From contig JAUCBJ010007565.1 of the NCBI GenBank assembly GCA_032718475.1, positions 1 through 35,273 on the forward strand: DNA of 35,273 nucleotides, in the 5' to 3' direction. Shown piece by piece: positions 19,707-32,397 of the stretch. The first letter of the stretch is position 1. Each line of letters starts with the position of its first letter. The DNA is from Nemertoderma westbladi. Lineage: Eukaryota > Animalia > Xenacoelomorpha. The position numbers and the translations under genes were made by a program. The notes below the pieces were generated by a model that worked only from the letters and a program-made list of their open reading frames with translations, searched no databases and was not told the DNA's origin.

Positions 19707-20822
19707 TAACAACATAGCAGCCAATCGTGAGAAAGGTGTGTAACCGTCCGTACTGGGTGCGGCCAAGGGCGAGGGGAAGGCTAACAACATACCAGCCAAT
19801 CGTGAGAAAGGTGTGTAACCGTCCGTACTGGGTACGGCCAAGGGCGAGGGGAAGGCTAACAACATACCGGCCAATCGTGAGAAAGGTGTGTACCCGTCCG
19901 TACTGGGTGCGGCCAAGGGCGAGGGGAAGGCTAACAACATACCGGCCAATCGTGAGAAAGGTGTGTACCCGACCGTACTGGGTACGACCAAGGGCGAGGG
20001 GAAGGTTAACAACATACCAGCCAATCGTGAGAAAGGTGTGTACCGGTCCGTACTGGGTACGGCCAAGGGCGAGGGGAAGGTTAACAACATACCAGCCAAT
20101 CGTGAGAAAGGTGTGTAACCGTCCGTACTGGGTACGGCCAAGGGCGAGGGGAAGGTTAACAACATACCAGCCAATCGTGAGAAAGGTGTGTGTGTACCCG
20201 TCCGTACTGGGTACGGCCAAGGGCGAGGGGAAGGCTAACAACATACCAGCCAATCGTGAGAAAGGTGTGTGTGTACCCGTCCGTACTGGGTGCGGCCAAG
20301 GGCGAGGGGAAGGTTAACAACATACCAGCCAATCGTGAGAAAGGTGTGTAACCGTCCGTACTGGGTGCGGCCAAGGGCGAGGGGAAGGCTAACAACATAG
20401 CAGCCAATCGTGAGAAAGGTGTGTGTGTACCCGTCCGTACTGGGTGCGGCCAAGGGCGAGGGGAAGGTTAACAACATACCAGCCAATCGTGAGAAAGGTG
20501 TGTACCCGTCCGTACTGGGTACGGCCAAGGGCGAGGGGAAGGTTAACAACATAGCAGCCAATCGTGAGAAAGGTGTGTACCCGACCGTACTGGGTACGGC
20601 CAAGGGCGAGGGGAAGGCTAACAACATAGCAGCCAATCGTGAGAAAGGTGTGTAGCCGTCCGTACTGGGTGCGGCCAAGGGCGAGGGGAAGGTTAACAAC
20701 ATAGCAGCCAATCGTGAGAAAGGTGTGTAACCGTCCGTACTGGGTGCGGCCAAGGGCGAGGGGAAGGCTAACAACATAGCAGCCAATCGTGAGAAAGGTG
20801 TGTAACCGTCCGTACTGGGTGT
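19707..20822. repeat. 75-bp satellite, right block (~15 copies)
   Basis: Same unit as the left block, resuming in register; three units carry a +4 bp GT expansion. Confidence 0.97.
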
Positions 20823-20916
20823 GGTTGGCGGGAGGTGGCGGGGTTGGGGTGTTTGGTTCAGGGTGGCGGGTGTGGGCAGGGGTGTAGGGGTGTGGGGGGG
20901 GGGGTGGGTGGGCTGG
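20821..20916 (+). other. G-rich tract with G-quadruplex potential
   Basis: Many GG-G(n) runs with T/C spacers terminating the satellite. Confidence 0.55.
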
Positions 20917-20919
20917 AAT

Positions 20920-22725
20920 ACAACTGATTTTCAGTTACACACTTACTGTGTACTGACTATTAATTAATACTTCATGGTATATTGAAAGTGTTGAAACCAG
21001 AACAATTATTAAGGGGGGTGGGGGGGGGGGGGGGGTGTAACACCCCCCGCTAAAAAAATCAAATTGTTTTTTTGTTATTGCATATAGAGCAGAATTTAAT
21101 GAGGATTTCAAATCTGAAAACGGCTTAGAGAGATCTACTTTAGTTCTCGAGATATCGTGGATTATCTGTCTGGCAATCTGTCTTTCAAAATGTAAGACAG
21201 ACATACAGACAACCGACAGACGGACAGACTACATTCAACCAAACATTAAAACTGAAATCGGAAATAAAATGAGCGACCCCGAAAACCCCCGTAAATATAA
21301 TTTTAGCTCGGTGGTAAAGGTAGTTTTGCGCGGGAAGGATGGAACTTTGAAGGCGATTCACGAAAAATACGACTCCGACATTCTTAGCCGTTTTTTCAAT
21401 TGTTGCTTTATATGAAAGGTAATAAATTTCACGCACTTTTCTTAATTTAATGATATTTCCCCATTTTTTTTATGAAAAATTAAAAAAAACAGTTTTTTTT
21501 TATAAAATTGCCAATTATAAGAAATAGAAAACGAAAATAAAAAAAGTTCGTGAAAAATATTATGAAAATGATCATACTGCGATGCTGGTTCCGAAAAATG
21601 TGGTATCGGAAAATAAAAATGGGAGTTAAGGGGGAGTAATGTTTTTAGTGAAATTTAAAATTTTGCGCAGGCTGCTGGGGGGGGGGGGGGGGGGGTCCCT
21701 AAGGTCCCTTCTAAAAATTAACTGTGCTAATATTACGGATTATGTTATTTATCAAGCACGTTAAGTAAAATCCTTACCGGTAGGTGTGTTAGTACCAAAG
21801 TATGTAAAAAGGGGGCGAGGCACCAACAGTTGTCACCGCCGAGATCAGTGACCCGGTGGACCAGGTAGCTGCTGACTGTAAGTTTGAGTACCGAGGTCGG
21901 GCAACCGATCTGTTTTTCGAAAGTTGCGTGGACTTATACCCAGGTATTGCACACGGACAGTTCGGTTCGTTTTCACTACAACTAAACTGCGCCAGTCACT
22001 CCCGTCTCTTAAACATCCCGTCCCGGATATCCTTGCGTCTAATGTCGTTTACTCTTTCTCTTGTCCCTCTTGTAAGGGGGGATATGTTGGGTTGGACACA
22101 CCATCCAACACTTGTTTGAACGCGTTAGACAGCACCAGGATGGGACTGCCAATGATGGGAGCAAACAGGGTAAGACTGTGCAAAACCACATCATGACTCA
22201 CCGCGGCGAGCCCAATACGCGTTGGCCGACTGACTGGCGTGAATTGTTTTAACATTTCAAAGTAATTGCTAGACACCCATTGCGGCCAGTCTTGCAAAAG
22301 CTTGATATGTATTACATTCAAACACGCAAGCCCGTTATCAACAAGCAGAAACGTGAGGCGTAAGTTTGTGGTGCTGTTTCCTAGTAGCTAGTTACCTACA
22401 GAGTACAGACCTCACTCTTCAATTTCAATACTCGTTCTCTCCCTTTGTGAATTTCTCTCTACATTTCCTGGCTTGTCCTCCTGAGCATACCTTCAGTTGA
22501 GGAGCGAAACCTACCGATCAGCTGGCTGCTGTCAGCTGATCACTGATTGCATGCAACGTCTAGGTCCTGTTGCTTTTTAGTTTTTTACATACTTTGGTAC
22601 TAACACACCTACCGTTAAGGTTTTTTACTTAACGTGCTTGATAAATAAATCAATATAATTCGTAATTATCGAAAGCTTCTACTTCAATTGTGCTAATATT
22701 ATTCGAATAACAGCTTTCTTCTAAA
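20920..22725. mobile_element. Probable non-autonomous DNA element (DINE-1/Helentron-associated-like), interrupted near its right end by the Penelope insertion
   Basis: GACA/GACG microsatellite (21196-21230; reverse complement of the GTCY repeats typical of such elements), poly-G tracts, AT-rich body; boundaries approximate. Confidence 0.4.
21736..22688 (+). mobile_element. 5'-truncated, degenerate Penelope-like element (GIY-YIG remnant + pLTR) with an inverted copy of its 3' end at the 5' side
   Basis: LKHPVPDILASNVVYSFSCPSCKGGYVG (~22009-22092) matches Penelope GIY-YIG. 21732-21810 is the reverse complement of ~22582-22666. A 13-bp direct repeat TGTGCTAATATTA lies at 21723-21735 and 22689-22701. 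Confidence 0.85.
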
Positions 22726-23159
22726 ACAGATGGCGGCCGCTTAAATAATTTCCTTTTTCGATTGACTGGCCATACGGCTTTAAGCTTTAGATGTTATTTA
22801 AATTTATACAAACAACCATCTGGTTATGTACCAACTGCATTACGTTGGTTCTGGTTGTATTTATAATGTTCATTGTGGACCATGTTGATGAATGAATTCC
22901 TATTCTTCTGGGACTGGGTTGTTAGTTTATACGTAGAGCCGCAGTTGCTGAGCCTTCTATATTATGGTGCAGAGAGTTGGCTTTATTATTATTGTTTGCC
23001 ATCAGGACGGCTGTGCGGTATTTTTACATTTGTTATTAAGTTTTCTGTAATATCCGAATAAATAGTCAGTCAGTCAAATCTTAATTATGATTTATTAATA
23101 TTATTATATAACTAGTTTGTATAGAAAGGCATAGGATAATTAATACTTACATACGCCAG

Positions 23160-23210
23160 ACAAAGGACTTCCGTTTAATTGCGTAACGCAATTAAACGGG
23201 AGTCCTTTGT
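23160..23210. repeat. 51-bp near-perfect palindrome
   Basis: ACAAAGGACTTCCGTTTAATTGCGT-A-ACGCAATTAAACGGGAGTCCTTTGT; one mismatch (a G-U pair as RNA). Confidence 0.92.
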
Positions 23211-23735
23211 ATGTCTTGGTGACTGTAGAAGGTGAACACTGTTTAACTGAGATGCCGAAATATTGTCCACATTTTGTTGCAAACTTTAGAGACGCTCGGT
23301 TTACTAGATAGTGTAGTTTATTTATTCTTCCCACGACAATTTAGTTAAAAATATTTAATTAAAATATTATTAAAATAATATTAAAATATTATTATTTCTA
23401 TTAATAACGTATGCGTTGCGTAGCGTATTGCCATTACGGTAAACCGTAAACGTAACACAGTTGTATATTATGTAGTTTACCGGTATCAGTTTGCAGACAG
23501 CACTGTGTGCTGCAGAGCTCGGGCTGGAAAGTAGATTGAAGTCCATGCACGGGCACGCCGCACTCGTCTGCTTTGTTCTTGATGGTGTGCTATGTTGGTC
23601 CGAGTTTCATTATAGAAATACTGTAAAATACTGTAGGCCTACTACCGGTACATGTATAGGCTATTCGTTATAATTTTTTTGCTACGGAGTATCTCAAATC
23701 AGGAGTTTACGGCGTAATATTAATTAGCCTCGGCG

Positions 23736-24674
23736 ATGGGTAGCAAAGTTTTCGAAGAATTCGCATTGGGGGCCTCTTCGGGCTGCTCGGCGTGTCTGTT
23801 CTCCAACCCGCTGGACGTGGTAAAGACGCGGATGCAGCTGCAAGGCGAGCTGCTGGCCCGGGGTACCTACGTGCGTCCGTACCGCAACGTTCTACACGCT
23901 ATGTCGACTATAGGGAAGGTAGACGGGTTGTTAGCGCTGCAGAAAGGGTTGGTTCCCGCGCTGAGCTACCAATTCGTTATGAACGGAGTTCGAATCGGGG
24001 TCTATCAGAACTCTAAGAACGCAGGTCTCCTGTCTACCTCCGAGGGGGACTACAGTGTCTGGCGGAACTTCCTGGGTGGGTCTATATCCGGGTTGCTAGG
24101 GGCTACATGCGCTAGTCCCTTCTATCTGATGAAGACTCAGTTACAGAGTCGTTCTGCGGATAGCATCGCGGTGGGGCACCAACACTCGCACCGGGGAATG
24201 ATTGCGGGGTTGCGCGATGTGTACCGCAGAGAGGGGTTGCGGGGCTGGTGGAGGGGGGTGACCGCCGCCCAGGCTCGGGTATTCGTCGGCTCGGGGGCGC
24301 AACTAGGCTCCTTCGCTCTCTTTAAGGAGTATCTACCTCGAACTCGCGCCTCCAATCTGGATAAGACGTCGCTTAGGGTCGTGTCCGCGGGTTGTTCCGG
24401 TATATTCGTCGTGTGTTGTATGACCCCGATGGATGTGTGCTCCACTCGGATGTACAACCAGCCAACCACCGCCGCCGGTAAGGGGGTCTATTACAGCAAT
24501 CTAGTGGACTGTATAGTGAAGATATTAACCAAGGAAGGGCCTCTCGCCTTCTATAAGGGGATATCGGCCTCTTTGTTCAGGTTGTGGCCCCACACCGTGT
24601 TACATCTGACTTTCTGGGACACTTTCCGAGAATATTATTTATCTTACGTTAAGCTGAAACAGGAGAAAGTCTAG
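23736..24674 (+). CDS. SLC25A35: Mitochondrial carrier, SLC25A34/35 subfamily (yeast Oac1-like), coding region intronless, 312 aa
   Basis: Three carrier repeats with signatures PLDVVKTRMQLQGEL, PFYLMKTQLQ, PMDVCSTRMYNQP; SIAVGHQH and LQKGLVPAL are typical of SLC25A35; AATAAA signals at ~24878-25065. Confidence 0.92.
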   Translation: MGSKVFEEFALGASSGCSACLFSNPLDVVKTRMQLQGELLARGTYVRPYRNVLHAMSTIGKVDGLLALQKGLVPALSYQFVMNGVRIGVYQNSKNAGLLSTSEGDYSVWRNFLGGSISGLLGATCASPFYLMKTQLQSRSADSIAVGHQHSHRGMIAGLRDVYRREGLRGWWRGVTAAQARVFVGSGAQLGSFALFKEYLPRTRASNLDKTSLRVVSAGCSGIFVVCCMTPMDVCSTRMYNQPTTAAGKGVYYSNLVDCIVKILTKEGPLAFYKGISASLFRLWPHTVLHLTFWDTFREYYLSYVKLKQEKV

Positions 24675-26349
24675 AGGGATGTAGTTCGGTCTTTTGGTGC
24701 TATTTATATTAGTAATTAATGTGGTATCGCGTTATATACGCAGGTACAATACAATACAATACGTCCACCACACATAACAGGTATGCCACATTGTATTCCA
24801 CTTTTCATCTGATACCCTTATTGCCTTTTTACTTCTCCTTGCTCCCGTAAAAGGTGAAAAAATCCGGCGTTTTTAGGAATAAAAGTAGCTAAATCCTCTC
24901 CTCTTCTGTTTTGGGGATAATTAAGTAATTCCCATCTATTTGTAGGAAAATAACCAAATCTTTATCATTTTTTTAAACTTTGAGTTTATAATTTGGTTAA
25001 AAAGCAAATTATGTGGAATAAAAAGCTTTAATTTAATTCGTTTACTTTTTGTTTTTTTAAATAAACTGTTGATTATTTGAGGTTATACTTATACAACTTT
25101 TCAGATCTGGTTCTCACTTAAATCTAAAAAGAACGACGTATTTAGTGTTTCTTTCCAAGTGGTAGTTGCGTTTAATATTATTGTAAAACTCTGTGAGGTT
25201 TAACTAGGAATAATAAGTGTGAATTCTTGTGCTTTTTGTTTATCTTTAGGATTTAGGTTTGATAGCCACCGTATTCCTTATAGTTCGCCATTTCCAACGC
25301 ACAAAAGTATTGTATCCGAATCTTAAACAGTATTTTTTCTTAATAATTATTATTTAAGGCATCACCGCATACTTCTACGATGACGTCATTGAATACTGTA
25401 CATAAAGAGTTTGTAGTGCATTAAATAACAAATTTAGCTATTTAAATAATTAAATTTGTGCCTTAATTTGATATCTTATTAAGTGATGAATCTGTACACA
25501 TTAATGGTTAATATGAATGTCTCTAGCTCTACTTGTGTTCTTTATATTATTATTATCAGTATAATACTTAAACGTAAAGTTCTTCTGTTGTGGCAAATAT
25601 CTTAAACAACAAAATTGTTGCAATTCTGTTCTACATGAAGGTAAATCTGACCTGTTGCTGTGATTGTTTATTATAATTTGAGTTAAGTTGGCCAATATAA
25701 TTATTTATTATGGATGGCCTATCACACCTGTAACAGCCGGCAATGCATCCACCGTGATGTGTGGGGCGAGCCACAAAGTCTAGTTTCGCTTTTGTGCCTA
25801 GCTGGTATAATTAGTTGACCGTCAGTCACGATCAGGATCAGTCCGGATCATTGATCTTTGAGGAAATGGAGCCAAGCTTGGTACATATGTACTTGTACTA
25901 AGGTTTATTTAAATTCTACTCACAGTCAGACATCTATGGTTCCTATGTCGGCCGCTAGGGGGAGTGACAATGTCCACTAATTGTACACGAAGGTTCATCT
26001 AGCCAACGTGCTGCACGAATTCCCCACGGATATGTATTTACTACATCCTAATTAATTGATTCCAGTTTTATCAATATGCGTTGAGAAAGTGAAACAATTA
26101 TTTGCAGCATATCTTATTTTATATTTTGCGCATTTTTATCCTTGTGTGCAGTTTTATTTCGCTGTAGCTATAGGATCTAATTTTATGTGGTATTTTATTT
26201 TCTTAAGAATTAATGTGGTGTTTTGGTGTTGTTTATTATTAATCCTCGTATTTCTACTTCGGTAATATAAACTTAAATGATGAACGTCATTGTTTACCTT
26301 TTTTGTTGTATGGGAGTTAATTTCGCAAAGTAATTTTAGGAAGAAACAC

Positions 26350-29300
26350 GTTATCTGAGTAATGTAACAATGTATGTTATCTGAGTAATGTAACAATGTA
26401 TGTTATCTGAGTAATGTAACAATGTATGTTATCTGAGTAATGTAACAATGTATGTTATCTGAGTAATGTAACAATGTATGTTATCTGAGTAATGTAACAA
26501 TGTATGTTATCTGAGTAATGTAACAATGTATGTTATCTGAGTAATGTAACAATGTATGTTATCTGAGTAATGTAACAATGTATGTTATCTGAGTAATGTA
26601 ACAATGTATGTTATCTGAGTAGTGTAACAATGTATGTTATCTGAGTAATGTAACAATGTATGTTATCTGAGTAATGTAACAATGTATGTTATCTGAGTAG
26701 TGTAACAATGTATGTTATCTGAGTAATGTAACAATGTATGTTATCTGAGTAATGTAACAATGTATGTTATCTGAGTAATGTAACAATGTATGTTATCTGA
26801 GTAATGTAACAATGTATGTTATCTGAGTAATGTAACAATGTATGTTATCTGAGTAGTGTAACAATGTATGTTATCTGAGTAATGTAACAATGTATGTTAT
26901 CTGAGTAATGTAACAATGTATGTTATCTGAGTAGTGTAACAATGTATGTTATCTGAGTAATGTAACAATGTATGTTATCTGAGTAATGTAACAATGTATG
27001 TTATCTGAGTAATGTAACAATGTATGTTATCTGAGTAATGTAACAATGTATGTTATCTGAGTAATGTAACAATGTATGTTATCTGAGTAATGTAACAATG
27101 TATGTTATCTGAGTAATGTAACAATGTATGCTTATCTGAGTAATGTAACAATGTATGTTATCTGAGTAATGTAACAATGTATGTTATCTGAGTAATGTAA
27201 CAATGTATGTTATCTGAGTAATGTAACAATGTATGTTATCTGAGTAATGTAACAATGTATGTTATCTGAGTAATGTAACAATGTATGTTATCTGAGTAGT
27301 GTAACAATGTATGTTATCTGAGTAATGTAACAATGTATGTTATCTGAGTAGTGTAACAATGTATGTTATCTGAGTAATGTAACAATGTATGTTATCTGAG
27401 TAATGTAACAATGTATGTTATCTGAGTAATGTAACAATGTATGTTATCTGAGTAGTGTAACAATGTATGTTATCTGAGTAATGTAACAATGTATGTTATC
27501 TGAGTAATGTAACAATGTATGTTATCTGAGTAATGTAACAATGTATGTTATCTGAGTAATGTAACAATGTATGTTATCTGAGTAGTGTAACAATGTATGT
27601 TATCTGAGTAATGTAACAATGTATGTTATCTGAGTAATGTAACAATGTATGTTATCTGAGTAATGTAACAATGTATGTTATCTGAGTAATGTAACAATGT
27701 ATGTTATCTGAGTAATGTAACAATGTATGTTATCTGAGTAATGTAACAATGTATGTTATCTGAGTAATGTAACAATGTATGCTATCTGAGTAATGTAACA
27801 ATGTATGTTATCTGAGTAATGTAACAATGTATGTTATCTGAGTAATGTAACAATGTATGTTATCTGAGTAGTGTAACAATGTATGTTATCTGAGTAATGT
27901 AACAATGTATGTTATCTGAGTAATGTAACAATGTATGCTATCTGAGTAATGTAACAATGTATGTTATCTGAGTAATGTAACAATGTATGTTATCTGAGTA
28001 ATGTAACAATGTATGTTATCTGAGTAATGTAACAATGTATGTTATCTGAGTAATGTAACAATGTATGTTATCTGAGTAATGTAACAATGTATGTTATCTG
28101 AGTAATGTAACAATGTATGTTATCTGAGTAATGTAACAATGTATGTTATCTGAGTAATGTAACAATGTATGCTATCTGAGTAATGTAACAATGTATGTTA
28201 TCTGAGTAATGTAACAATGTATGTTATCTGAGTAATGTAACAATGTATGTTATCTGAGTAATGTAACAATGTATGTTATCTGAGTAATGTAACAATGTAT
28301 GTTATCTGAGTAATGTAACAATGTATGCTATCTGAGTAATGTAACAATGTATGTTATCTGAGTAATGTAACAATGTATGTTATCTGAGTAATGTAACAAT
28401 GTATGTTATCTGAGTAATGTAACAATGTATGTTATCTGAGTAATGTAACAATGTATGTTATCTGAGTAATGTAACAATGTATGTTATCTGAGTAGTGTAA
28501 CAATGTATGTTATCTGAGTAATGTAACAATGTATGTTATCTGAGTAATGTAACAATGTATGCTATCTGAGTAATGTAACAATGTATGTTATCTGAGTAAT
28601 GTAACAATGTATGTTATCTGAGTAATGTAACAATGTATGTTATCTGAGTAATGTAACAATGTATGTTATCTGAGTAATGTAACAATGTATGTTATCTGAG
28701 TAATGTAACAATGTATGTTATCTGAGTAATGTAACAATGTATGTTATCTGAGTAATGTAACAATGTATGTTATCTGAGTAATGTAACAATGTATGTTATC
28801 TGAGTAATGTAACAATGTATGTTATCTGAGTAATGTAACAATGTATGTTATCTGAGTAATGTAACAATGTATGTTATCTGAGTAATGTAACAATGTATGT
28901 TATCTGAGTAATGTAACAATGTATGTTATCTGAGTAATGTAACAATGTATGTTATCTGAGTAATGTAACAATGTATGTTATCTGAGTAATGTAACAATGT
29001 ATGTTATCTGAGTAATGTAACAATGTATGTTATCTGAGTAATGTAACAATGTATGTTATCTGAGTAATGTAACAATGTATGTTATCTGAGTAATGTAACA
29101 ATGTATGTTATCTGAGTAATGTAACAATGTATGTTATCTGAGTAATGTAACAATGTATGTTATCTGAGTAATGTAACAATGTATGTTATCTGAGTAATGT
29201 AACAATGTATGTTATCTGAGTAATGTAACAATGTATGTTATCTGAGTAATGTAACAATGTATGTTATCTGAGTAATGTAACAATGTATGTTATCTGAGTA

Positions 29301-30004
29301 ATGTAACAATGTATGTTATCTGAGTAATGTAACAATGTAGGTTATCTGAGTAATGTAACAATGTATGTTATCTGAGTAATGTAACAATGTATGCTATCTG
29401 AGTAATGTAACAATGTATCTTATCTGAGTAATGTAACAATGTATCTTATCTGAGTAATGTAACAATGTATGTTATCTGAGTAATGTAACAATGTATGTTA
29501 TCTGAGTAATGTAACAATGTATGTTATCTGAGTAATGTAACAATGTATCTGAGTAATGTAACAATGTATCTGAGTAATGTAACAATGTATGCTATCTGAG
29601 TAATGTAACAATGTATGTTATCTGAGTAATGTAACAATGTATGTTATCTGAGTAATGTAACAATGTATCTGAGTAATGTAACAATGTATGCTATCTGAGT
29701 AATGTAACAATGTATGTTATCTGAGTAATGTAACAATGTATGTTATCTGAGTAATGTAACAATGTATGTTATCTGAGTAATGTAACAATGTATGTTATCT
29801 GAGTAATGTAACAATGTATGTTATCTGAGTAATGTAACAATGTATGTTATCTGAGTAATGTAACAATGTATGCTATCTGAGTAATGTAACAATGTATCTG
29901 AGTAATGTAACAATGTATGTTATCTGAGTAATGTAACAATGTATGTTATCTGAGTAATGTAACAATGTATGCTATCTGAGTAATGTAACAATGTATGTTA
30001 TCTG
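26350..30004. repeat. 26-bp satellite, ~140 copies
   Basis: Unit GTTATCTGAGTAATGTAACAATGTAT, highly homogeneous. Confidence 0.98.
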
Positions 30005-30412
30005 GCACAGTATGGCGGCTTTAATAATTCCAAATAATGTAATTCAAACTTGGGGAGGTGGGGGGGGGGGGGGGGGCTGGTTACAAGGCCACATTATTCT
30101 TACGAAAACAAAGAGACGAGAGGCTATATCACGGCGGTTACAGTTGTTTTATTTTTGATAGTAATCAGCTGTTTTGCGTCGAGTTTCACGTGGAGAGGGA
30201 TGAATCCCCACTACATGGTTGGTTGCATTTTATCGAGGGAAAATTATTTGCGTTTATTCAACTGCCGTGTTGTATTTTTTTTAGATATATTCACATACAG
30301 TGTCTCAGATTTGTAAATACAGAACTCGAATTCGTAAGTCTCTCGAAACCGCTCCCGCTAGAGGGCTACATAAGTATTAGACGTCCTCCCATTCCTAAAG
30401 CTGAAACTTAGT

Positions 30413-32397
30413 AGTAGTCACTACTAACTGTGAGCCACAGTAGTCACTACTAACTGTGAGCCGCAGTAGTCACTACTAACTGTGAGCCGCAGTAGTCACT
30501 ACTAACTGTGAGCCGCAGTAGTCACTACTAACTGTGAGCCGCAGTAGTCACTACTAACTGTGAGCCGCAGTACTCACTACTAACTGTGAGCCGCAGTACT
30601 CACTACTAACTGTGAGCCGCAGTAGTCACTACTAACTGTGAGCCGCAGTAGTCACTACTAACTGTGAGCCGCAGTAGTCACTACTAACTGTGAACCGCTG
30701 TAGTCACTACTAACTGTGAGCCGCAGTAGTCACTACTAACTGTGAGCCGCAGTAGTCACTACTAACTGTGAGCCGCAGTAGTCACTACTAACTGTGAGCC
30801 GCAGTAGTCACTACTAACTGTGAGCCGCAGTAGTCACTACTAACTGTGAGCCGCAGTAGTCACTACTAACTATGAACCGCTGTAGTCACTACTAACTGTG
30901 AGCCGCAGTAGTCACTACTAACTGTGAGCCGCAGTAGTCACTACTAACTGTGAGCCACAGTAGTCACTACTAACTGTGAACCGCTGTAGTCACTACTAAC
31001 TGTGAGCCGCAGTAGTCACTACTAACTGTGAGCCGCAGTAGTCACTACTAACTGTGAGCCGCAGTAGTCACTACTAACTGTGAGCCGCAGTAGTCACTAC
31101 TAACTGTGAGCCCCAGTAGTCACTACTAACTGTGAGCCGCAGTAGTCACTACTAACTGTGAGCCGCAGTAGTCACTACTAACTGTGAACCGCTGTAGTCA
31201 CTACTAACTATGAACCGCTGTAGTCACTACTAACTGTGAGCCGCAGTAGTCACTACTAACTGTGAGCCGCAGTAGTCACTACTAACTGTGAGCCGCAGTA
31301 GTCACTACTAACTGTGAGCCGCAGTAGTCACTACTAACTGTGAGCCGCAGTAGTCACTACTAACTGTGAGCCGCAGTACTCACTACTAACTGTGAGCCGC
31401 AGTAGTCACTACTAACTGTGAGCCGCAGTAGTCACTACTAACTGTGAGCCGCAGTAGTCACTACTAACTGTGAGCCGCAGTAGTCACTACTAACTGTGAG
31501 CCGCAGTAGTCACTACTAACTATGAACCGCTGTAGTCACTACTAACTGTGAGCCGCAGTAGTCACTACTAACTGTGAGCCGCAGTAGTCACTACTAACTG
31601 TGAACCGCTGTAGTCACTACTAACTGTGAGCCGCAGTAGTCACTACTAACTGTGAGCCGCAGTAGTCACTACTAACTGTGAGCCGCAGTAGTCACTACTA
31701 ACTGTGAGCCGCAGTAGTCACTACTAACTGTGAGCCGCAGTAGTCACTACTAACTGTGAGCCGCAGTAGTCACTACTAACTGTGAGCCGCGCAGTAGTCA
31801 CTACTAACTGTGAGCCGCAGTACTCACTACTAACTGTGAGCCGCAGTAGTCACTACTAACTGTGAGCCGCAGTAGTCACTACTAACTGTGAGCCGCAGTA
31901 GTCACTACTAGCTGTGAGCCGCAGTAGTCACTACTAACTGTGAGCCGCAGTTGTAGTCACTACTAACTGTGAGCCGCAGTTGTAGTCACTACTAACTGTG
32001 AGCCGCAGTAGTCACTACTAACTGTGAGCCGCGGCCACGCAGTAGTCACTACTAACTGTGAGCCGCAGTAGTCACTACTAACTGTGAGCCGCAGTAGTCA
32101 CTACTAACTGTGAGCCGCAGTAGTCACTACTAACTGTGAGCCGCGCAGTAGTCACTACTAACTGTGAGCCGCAGTAGTCACTACTAACTGTGAACCGCTG
32201 TAGTCACTACTAACTGTGAGCCGCAGTAGTCACTACTAACTGTGAGCCGCGCAGTAGTCACTACTAACTGTGAGCCGCAGGCAGTAGTCACTAATAACTG
32301 TGAGCCGCAGTAGTCACTACTAACTGTGAGCCGCAGTAGTCACTACTAACTGTGAGCCGCAGTAGTCACTACTAACTGTGAGCCGCAGTAGTCATTA
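30413..32397. repeat. Second 26-bp satellite, ~76 copies
   Basis: Unit CAGTAGTCACTACTAACTGTGAGCCG with internal AGTAGT-C-ACTACT palindrome. Confidence 0.98.

Noticed and set aside
25730-26040. Possible extra exon(s) in a moderately GC-rich patch; also GTAAGT at ~30334
   Set aside because: Could not find an acceptor/donor pair giving a convincing phase-1/1 open exon; left uncalled
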